Virus record (IMG/VR): IMGVR_UViG_2778260979_000026
Strand: one strand, 5' to 3'
DNA from: a virus
Lineage: Duplodnaviria; Heunggongvirae; Uroviricota; Caudoviricetes
DNA: 4,231 bases
Of the stretch, positions 1-4,231 are shown piece by piece. The translations under genes were made by a program, and so were the position numbers. The notes under the pieces are model-generated. The model was given only the letters and a program-made list of their open reading frames with translations, searched no databases and was not told the DNA's origin. Position 1 is the stretch's first letter. Every line of letters starts with the position of its first letter.

Positions 1-282
1 ACTGCGCATACGGGCCACCAGCAGAGGCGGCATTGCCTTTTCGATCGCCGGTAACAGAGCCTGCATTTTTTCAACAGCATCAGGGGTGTCTTTATCCAGC
101 CAACGGAAAATTTTCTGGGTATTACGAGCCAGGGCTTCCGGATGGCTGTCGTCGTACAGTTCCGGGAACGTCATCCCCAGTTCGAAATAAGTCCGGGCTA
201 TTTCAGCTGCAGGAACTTTCTCACCATCAGGATATGCCCAGGCATTCATCGCCATGCGGATGTGCTCATGTTTGATTTTCAT
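1..282 (-). CDS. ydaT: YdaT-like prophage regulatory protein, N-terminal part only; the gene runs off the left edge of the window
   Basis: Hand translation of the minus strand from ATG at 282..280 gives MKIKHEHIRMAMNAWAYPDGEKVPAAEIARTYFELGMTFPELYDDSHPEALARNTQKIFRWLDKDTPDAVEKMQALLPAIEKAMPPLLVARMRS, open to position 1. It is absent from the ORF track because there is no stop in the window. The N-terminus matches my recollection of Rac prophage YdaT (memory, not a search). A GAGG lies about 10 nt upstream of the ATG. The start overlaps the 3' end of the ydaS-like gene by 17 bp. The + strand ORF 33..275 is its antisense shadow. Confidence 0.7.
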   Translation of the reverse strand, partial: MKIKHEHIRMAMNAWAYPDGEKVPAAEIARTYFELGMTFPELYDDSHPEALARNTQKIFRWLDKDTPDAVEKMQALLPAIEKAMPPLLVARMRS

Positions 283-589
283 GAATCATTTGCCTCTTGA
301 TGCTTCGGGTATGATCGTTTTCGTCATTTGGTTGCTTCATCGACATATTCTGCGAATAACATGACGAGCGTCGTAAGTATGTCCAATCAACATCAGGACG
401 AAGTTCTTCACACAGGACACCACCTTTTGTTGCTCGTTCAATCGCAGGACATCTCTCAGCAGGCAACTGACGTACACCTTTGATCCATTGATTTACGCTT
501 GGAGGAGATACACCTAAAAGCCTAGCCATTGCTGATTGCCCACCGACAACAGCACAAGCTCGTTTGAATGAATAGTTATCTTTTTTCAT
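266..589 (-). CDS. ydaS: Cro-like helix-turn-helix DNA-binding protein (YdaS family)
   Basis: The ORF track protein contains MKKDNYSFKRACAVVGGQSAMARLLGVSPPSVNQWIKGVRQLPAERCPAIERATKGGVLCEELRPDVDW, which matches Rac YdaS closely from memory. I chose the ATG at 589..587, which has a GGAG about 7 nt upstream on the minus strand, over the track start at 610. It is divergent from racR across an operator region. Confidence 0.85.
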   Translation of the reverse strand: MKKDNYSFKRACAVVGGQSAMARLLGVSPPSVNQWIKGVRQLPAERCPAIERATKGGVLCEELRPDVDWTYLRRSSCYSQNMSMKQPNDENDHTRSIKRQMIHENQT

Positions 590-618
590 CGAATGAACTC
601 CAAAAAACACACAATAAT

Positions 619-687
619 ATTAGGCTTAGCCTAATGCAATTGTCAATAGGCTATGCCTAACACTTCGAGAGTAGGCATTGCCTAATG
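619..687. promoter_or_regulatory. OR-type operator cluster and divergent promoter region between ydaS and racR
   Basis: Three spaced inverted repeats of the form TAGGC-N3-GCCTA: ATTAGGCTTAGCCTAAT at 619..635, TAGGCTATGCCTA at 647..659 and TAGGCATTGCCTA at 672..684. A perfect -35 TTGACA lies on the minus strand (+ coordinates 646..641) with TAATAT 18 bp downstream, pointing at ydaS. An AGGAG at 698..702 precedes the racR ATG. Confidence 0.7.
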
Positions 688-713
688 CGATGCGCATAGG
701 AGACTATTAAGCA

Positions 714-1190
714 ATGCTTAGTGGTAAAGACTTAGGCCGAGCGATAGAGCAGGCCATTAACAAAAAAATTGCATCAGGAGCCGTCAAATCAAAGGCGGAA
801 ATCGCACGTCATTTCAAAGTCCAACCACCATCAATCCATGACTGGATTAAGAAAGGTTCGATAAGTAAAGACAAACTTCCAGAACTATGGCGTTTCTTTT
901 CTGATGTGGTTGGTCCAGAGCATTGGGGGCTTAACGAATACCCCATACCAACCCCATCCACTTCAGATACAAAAAGTGAACTTTTAGACATAAACAGCCT
1001 TTATCAAGCCGCCTCTGATGAAAAAAGAGCAATTGTGGCTTTCCTCTTATCTGGAAATGCTACGGAGCCTAGTTGGGTTGATCATGACGTTCGTGCCTAC
1101 ATTGCCGCAATGGAAATGAAGGTAGCTAACTATCTGAAAAATCAAGAATCAAAACGGAAAAGCCAGAACATCACCAAGACAGGAACTTAA
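714..1190 (+). CDS. racR: Prophage repressor RacR (CI functional analogue)
   Basis: The 158-aa product MLSGKDLGRAIEQAINKKIASGAVKSKAEIARHFKVQPPSIHDWIKKGSISKDKLPELWRFFSDVVGPEHWGLNEYPIPTPSTSDTKSELLDINSLYQAAS... is near-identical to E. coli Rac RacR as I recall it, at the same length. It is divergent from the cro-like gene and flanked on both sides by operator palindromes. Confidence 0.9.
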   Translation: MLSGKDLGRAIEQAINKKIASGAVKSKAEIARHFKVQPPSIHDWIKKGSISKDKLPELWRFFSDVVGPEHWGLNEYPIPTPSTSDTKSELLDINSLYQAASDEKRAIVAFLLSGNATEPSWVDHDVRAYIAAMEMKVANYLKNQESKRKSQNITKTGT

Positions 1191-1283
1191 ACTTATATGG
1201 TCCGACGGGAAATTCCTAGTTCCCGTTAGTTAACTCCTACTACCTCTCCCACAAACCATCACCTATTAGGTCGCACCCAAATC

Positions 1284-1327
1284 ATTAGGCGTAGCCTATT
1301 GACAAGCAATTAGGCATTTCCTATAGT
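1284..1327 (+). promoter_or_regulatory. OL-type operators overlapping a near-consensus sigma70 promoter (pL analogue) reading rightward
   Basis: -35 TTGACA at 1299..1304, a 17-bp spacer, then -10 TATAGT at 1322..1327. Operator-like palindromes ATTAGGCGTAGCCTATT (1284..1300) and TAGGCATTTCCTA (1312..1324, one mismatch) overlap the -35 and the spacer/-10. A weaker half-site TATTAGGT lies at 1265..1271. Confidence 0.65.
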
Positions 1328-1427
1328 TTTCCCATACCAACCCATCCCGTCCCACACAATACAGGGCAATACCTAGAGTTACCCGGCAGTGGTCAGGGAT
1401 TAAGTAGCCAGCCCGAGGCGTAAGAAC

Positions 1428-1658
1428 ATGACGGCAGGGTTCAACTTTAACTATGCAGCAGGTTTTTGTTCCGCTACCCCGGCGTTAAGGGGATATGAGG
1501 TCAGCATGGATACTCTTGATCTTGGCAACAACGAATCTCTGGTGTGCGGCGTGTTTCCCAACCAGGACGGCACGTTCACCGCGATGACGTATACCAAAAG
1601 CAAAACGTTTAAAACCGAATCTGGCGCGCGTCGCTGGTTAGCAAGAAACTCTGACTAA
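1428..1658 (+). CDS. Small hypothetical prophage protein, first ORF downstream of the pL-like promoter
   Basis: A 76-aa ORF with GAGG about 10 nt upstream of the ATG at 1428. An in-frame ATG at 1506 has a better-spaced GAGGT 5 nt upstream and would give a 50-aa product. Its position corresponds to the ydaG/ydaF slot of Rac. I do not recognise the sequence with confidence. Confidence 0.5.
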   Translation: MTAGFNFNYAAGFCSATPALRGYEVSMDTLDLGNNESLVCGVFPNQDGTFTAMTYTKSKTFKTESGARRWLARNSD

Positions 1659-1740
1659 TGAAATCTGGTAATTAAGGAATCCTCCACGGGGGGAGAGTGG
1701 TGCACACGCGCCGGACACAAGCAAGCATCCGGCATGCTCT

Positions 1741-1760
1741 TTAACAATCTGGATATCCAT
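1741..1760. repeat. TTAACAA-TCT-GGATATCC element 13 bp downstream of the stop of the antisense gene
   Basis: Contains the palindrome GGATATCC (1751..1758). ATCTGGATATCC (1746..1757, extendable to 13 bp) is the exact reverse complement of GGATATCCAGAT at 2313..2324. TTAACAA is also shared with 2324..2330. Confidence 0.5.
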
Positions 1761-1772
1761 AACAGTAAAAAT

Positions 1773-2264
1773 CTACAGATTGCCGTTCAGTTTTCTGGCC
1801 AACTCTTCAATAGATGGAGGTGATACGTAATCCGGATTTTTATTCATAAGAAACTGATTTTCACAGTACAGGCACCTGCTTTTATGAAAAAATTCATATT
1901 CTCTAACCGGGAATGGCTGAAGTATCGATACTATCTTTTGTCCAAAACATTTTGGACAAAGATGCATGATTATGCTGCCGCCGTTCACGGTTACCTCCTT
2001 CGAGTACACAAAAGTTCCCGACTCAAGTTGGCTAAGGATATAACCTTCCGTCTGAGCCTCAAAGTTTTCAAATTCTGCAATTTTAGCTTTGAGAGAAGCA
2101 TTTATTTCTTGATAAGTGCCCACCAGCTCAACGAGAGACACGCATTCGCGCTGAATAGATGCAAGCTTTGAGTTCAGTTCACCAATAGCCGCATTTACTT
2201 CAGCTTGAGTTTTTGCCTCGTTCATTAGTTTTGCAATCTGGGCGGTTTCACGAATAGCCGTCAT
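1773..2264 (-). CDS. Hypothetical protein with a coiled-coil-like N-terminus and a C-terminal CxxC-x22-CxxC zinc ribbon; candidate moron or exclusion gene
   Basis: Minus strand ORF ending at TAG 1775..1773. Start chosen at ATG 2264..2262, giving MTAIRETAQIAKLMNEAKTQAEVNAAIGELNSKLASIQRECVSLVELVGTYQEINASLKAKIAEFENFEAQTEGYILSQLESGTFVYSKEVTVNGGSIIMHLCPKCFGQKIVSILQPFPVREYEFFHKSRCLYCENQFLMNKNPDYVSPPSIEELARKLNGNL. The track's longer version starts at a TTG at 2441 and translates the upstream repeats into Pro/Arg-rich sequence, which looks non-coding. There is no obvious Shine-Dalgarno, so the exact start is uncertain (the next in-frame ATG is at 2225). The gene is oriented against its neighbours and is more AT-rich than they are. 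Confidence 0.6.
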   Translation of the reverse strand: MTAIRETAQIAKLMNEAKTQAEVNAAIGELNSKLASIQRECVSLVELVGTYQEINASLKAKIAEFENFEAQTEGYILSQLESGTFVYSKEVTVNGGSIIMHLCPKCFGQKIVSILQPFPVREYEFFHKSRCLYCENQFLMNKNPDYVSPPSIEELARKLNGNL

Positions 2265-2302
2265 TGCTGCCGTTAATTCAGCGATCACATTCAATACTCT
2301 TA

Positions 2303-2348
2303 TTGTTGTTGGGGATATCCAGATTAACAAGATCCTTGTTGTTGGGGA
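2303..2348. repeat. Direct repeat TTGTTGTTGGGGA x2 (2303..2315 and 2336..2348) flanking GGATATCC-AGA-TTAACAA
   Basis: An exact 13-bp direct repeat with 33-bp periodicity. The palindrome GGATATCC (2313..2320) and TTAACAA (2324..2330) sit between and partly within the copies. The module lies between the start of the antisense gene and the remnant exonuclease gene. Confidence 0.6.
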
Positions 2349-2372
2349 ATAACGGGGACCACCTCGCCTGAC

Positions 2373-2810
2373 GTGGTAAAAAGCAGGCACACAACACGAA
2401 AGCACACGGCGAGGGACACCATTAAATGGTGGCTTAAGCAATCACGCGAAGCGCAATCTGCCATTATGACCGATGAAATCCCGTTAGATGATGCACTGTT
2501 ACAATTGCGGGAATTTATCGACGAAAACTCCGGTGAATTTTTTGTTCAGGTCTGGGGAAATGGAGCCAACTTCGACAACACGATTTTGCGCCGTTCATAC
2601 GAACGGCAGGGGATCCCCTGCCCGTGGCGTTACTACAACGATCGCGATGTACGCACAATCGTTGAGCTGGGGAAAGCCATAGACTTCGATGCCAGAACGG
2701 CTATTCCATTCGAAGGTGAGCGCCATAATGCACTTGATGACGCCCGTTACCAGGCAAAATACGTTTCAGTTATCTGGCAAAAACTGATCCCGAATCAGGC
2801 TGATTTTTAA
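2373..2810 (+). CDS. DEDDh-type 3'-5' exonuclease family protein (Rv2179c-like), apparently 5'-truncated
   Basis: The product carries an Exo II-like motif (WGNGANFDNTILRRSYER) and an Exo III-like Hx4D motif (HNALDDARYQAKY) but no N-terminal hydrophobic-strand/DxE Exo I motif. The first ~13 residues (MVKSRHTTRKHTA, from a GTG start) do not resemble the family. An in-frame ATG is at 2466. Neither start has a convincing Shine-Dalgarno. Confidence 0.65.
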   Translation: MVKSRHTTRKHTARDTIKWWLKQSREAQSAIMTDEIPLDDALLQLREFIDENSGEFFVQVWGNGANFDNTILRRSYERQGIPCPWRYYNDRDVRTIVELGKAIDFDARTAIPFEGERHNALDDARYQAKYVSVIWQKLIPNQADF

Positions 2811-2821
2811 TGTTCAACCCC

Positions 2822-2854
2822 GGTCGTTGCCCACCAGCTATAGTGGCGGCGACC
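2822..2854 (+). other. GC-rich stem-loop in the exonuclease-xis intergenic region
   Basis: GGTCGTTGCC(C)AC pairs with GTGGCGGCGACC with G-U wobbles and one bulge, about 12 bp, around the loop CAGCTATA. No U-tract follows on either strand, so it is not a canonical intrinsic terminator. Confidence 0.3.
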
Positions 2855-2874
2855 ATGATTAGCGAACGACGCTC

Positions 2875-3123
2875 ATGGCAAGACTTATTCTGCTCACTGA
2901 GTGGGCAAAAGAGGAATTCAGTGAACCGGTCCCAACTCCGAGTACGTTAAGTAAATACGCTAAAGCCGGAATGATATTTCCTCTCCCCAAAAAAGTTGGA
3001 AGACGCTGGCGAGTGGATCCGCAAGCTCGCTTTGTCGGAATGGTAAACAAGCCGGAGGTGATCGCCACAGATCACCCTGCTTTGAAGAGGATACTGGAAG
3101 ATGGCGCGCCCGCGAAAATATAA
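2875..3123 (+). CDS. xis: Excisionase (Xis, DNA-binding)
   Basis: An 82-aa basic protein, MARLILLTEWAKEEF...GMIFPLPKKVGRRWRVDPQARFVG, typical of excisionases. It lies immediately upstream of int and overlaps it by 23 bp. Confidence 0.8.
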   Translation: MARLILLTEWAKEEFSEPVPTPSTLSKYAKAGMIFPLPKKVGRRWRVDPQARFVGMVNKPEVIATDHPALKRILEDGAPAKI

Positions 3124-4231
3124 AACCGATGTTCCGGGATTATCTCCGTATTTTGACAAAAGAAATAACAAAGTTTACTGGCGTTACAGGCATCCCATAA
3201 CAGGCAAAAATCACGGTCTCGGCAGTATTGACCAGAAACTGGCAGAAACTATTGCAGCAGAAGCGAACAGCCGTCTTGCCCGGCAGCAAATGGAACAAAT
3301 GCTCAGTCTGCAGGAGAAAATTATTAGTGATACCGGCGGTTCATCAACCGTTACCATTTTTCTGAATAATTACAGAAAAATTCAACAGGAAAGATATGAA
3401 AACGGCGAGATCAAACTCAACACGCTGAAACAGAAAGCGGCCCCTCTCAGGGTATTTGATGAACGTTTTGGCACCAGACCGTTAGATGCCATAACCGTAA
3501 AAGATGTGGTATCAGTACTGGAAGAGTACAAGGCCAGAGGACATAACAGAATGGGACAAATTTTCAGGAAAGTACTGATCGATGTTTTCCGGGAAGCTCA
3601 GCAAACGGGCGATGTCCCGCCAGGCTTTAACCCTGCAGAATCGGCAAAAAAACCGCAGGTGCGGATATCAAGACAGCGACTGACTTTTGATGAGTGGATG
3701 ATGATTTATAACGCAGCGGAAAAGGATGGTTACTTTTTACAGCGCGGTATGCTGCTGGCACTGATGACAGGCCAGCGCCTTTCAGATATTTGCAAAATGC
3801 AATTTTCGGATATCCGGGATGGTTATCTTCATGTCGAACAGCAAAAAACAGGAACCCGGATTGCCATCCCTCTGGCTCTGCGTTGCGATAAATTAAATCT
3901 CACCCTGGATGATGTGGTGTCATCCTGCCGCGATTGCGTTCTTAGTCCGTGGCTATTGCACCACCATCACGCGAAAGGGACAGCTAAGCGCGGCGGGATG
4001 GTTAAGCCAGCAACATTAACCGTTGCATTTAAAAAAGCCCGGGATTCTGTGGATTACAACTGGCGTGCTAATGGCACCCCTCCCTCTTTCCATGAGCAGA
4101 GATCTTTATCAGAGCGATTGTTCAGAGAGCAGGGGGTTGATACCAAAATTTTGCTAGGCCATTCGAATCAAAAAATGACCGATATTTACAACGACGCACG
4201 CGGTAAGGAATGGAAAAAACTGGTCATTTGA
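3101..4231 (+). CDS. int: Tyrosine site-specific integrase (lambda Int family)
   Basis: A 376-aa product with an arm-binding-type N-terminus (MARPRKYKTDVPGLSPYF...). Catalytic signature elements are visible: R in GQRLSDI, H-x-x-R in HEQRSLSERL, and the H...Y pair in LLGHSNQKMTDIYNDARGKEW. The stop TGA is the last codon of the window. Confidence 0.9.
   Translation: MARPRKYKTDVPGLSPYFDKRNNKVYWRYRHPITGKNHGLGSIDQKLAETIAAEANSRLARQQMEQMLSLQEKIISDTGGSSTVTIFLNNYRKIQQERYENGEIKLNTLKQKAAPLRVFDERFGTRPLDAITVKDVVSVLEEYKARGHNRMGQIFRKVLIDVFREAQQTGDVPPGFNPAESAKKPQVRISRQRLTFDEWMMIYNAAEKDGYFLQRGMLLALMTGQRLSDICKMQFSDIRDGYLHVEQQKTGTRIAIPLALRCDKLNLTLDDVVSSCRDCVLSPWLLHHHHAKGTAKRGGMVKPATLTVAFKKARDSVDYNWRANGTPPSFHEQRSLSERLFREQGVDTKILLGHSNQKMTDIYNDARGKEWKKLVI

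Noticed and set aside
33-275. 80-aa + strand ORF
   Set aside because: It is antisense to the ydaT-like gene, which has a recognisable N-terminus, and has no Shine-Dalgarno or family resemblance.
809-991. 60-aa minus strand ORF
   Set aside because: It lies entirely inside racR on the opposite strand; a shadow ORF.
1205-1226. Inverted repeat ACGGGAA-N8-TTCCCGT just after the racR stop, as a possible terminator
   Set aside because: No U-tract follows on either strand. It could still be a protein site, but there is no support for an intrinsic terminator.
1711-1745. Short palindromes (CCGGA..TCCGG, AGCAT..ATGCT, GCATGC) between the convergent genes, as a possible bidirectional terminator
   Set aside because: The stems are only 5 bp with weak or absent flanking T/A tracts; not convincing.
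1884-2171. 95-aa + strand ORF inside the antisense gene
   Set aside because: Its Phe/Leu/Lys/Arg-rich composition is typical of the antisense frame of an AT-rich gene and it has no ribosome-binding site, whereas the minus strand product has a coherent coiled-coil plus CxxC...CxxC architecture. Not fully excluded.
2265-2441. N-terminal extension of the antisense gene to the TTG at 2441 (the track's 222-aa version)
   Set aside because: It needs a TTG start, and the extra 59 residues are Pro/Arg/Ser-rich, low-complexity translation of the repeat module. The ATG at 2264 is the more plausible start.
2488-2682. 64-aa + strand ORF
   Set aside because: An alternative frame inside the exonuclease gene with no independent signals.
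2811-2836. tRNA 3'-end-like string GTTCAACCCCGGTCGTTGCCCACCA (a possible att core or tRNA fragment)
   Set aside because: The sequence preceding the putative T-loop cannot pair with the 3' T-stem strand, and the location between the exonuclease gene and xis is atypical for attP. More likely it is part of the hairpin at 2822..2854.
2859-3171. Two minus strand ORFs (2859..3068 and 2947..3171)
   Set aside because: Both are antisense shadows of xis and the int 5' end.
1-4231. CRISPR arrays, rRNA or tRNA genes, IS elements
   Set aside because: No regularly spaced repeat-spacer array, no structured-RNA signatures and no transposase-like ORF or terminal inverted repeats were seen.

Overview
The window reads as the immunity-to-integrase arm of a lambdoid, Rac-type enterobacterial prophage, seen in mirror orientation relative to the lambda map. 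All identifications come from reading the sequence and translations by eye and from memory of protein families; no searches were run. Left to right: the 5' part of a ydaT-like gene (-), a ydaS cro-like gene (-), a divergent switch region with three TAGGC-N3-GCCTA operator palindromes, the racR repressor (+), a second operator cluster overlapping a near-consensus rightward promoter (pL analogue), a small unknown ORF (+), an AT-rich oppositely oriented gene, a 3'-5' exonuclease gene that seems to have lost its 5' end, excisionase, and a tyrosine integrase ending at the window edge. The best candidate for something undescribed is the antisense gene at 1773..2264. It encodes a ~163-aa protein with a coiled-coil-like N-terminus and a CxxC-x22-CxxC zinc ribbon that I cannot assign to any family, it is bracketed by an unusual repeat module, and it sits where lambdoid phages carry exclusion genes such as sieB. 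Its function is inference only.
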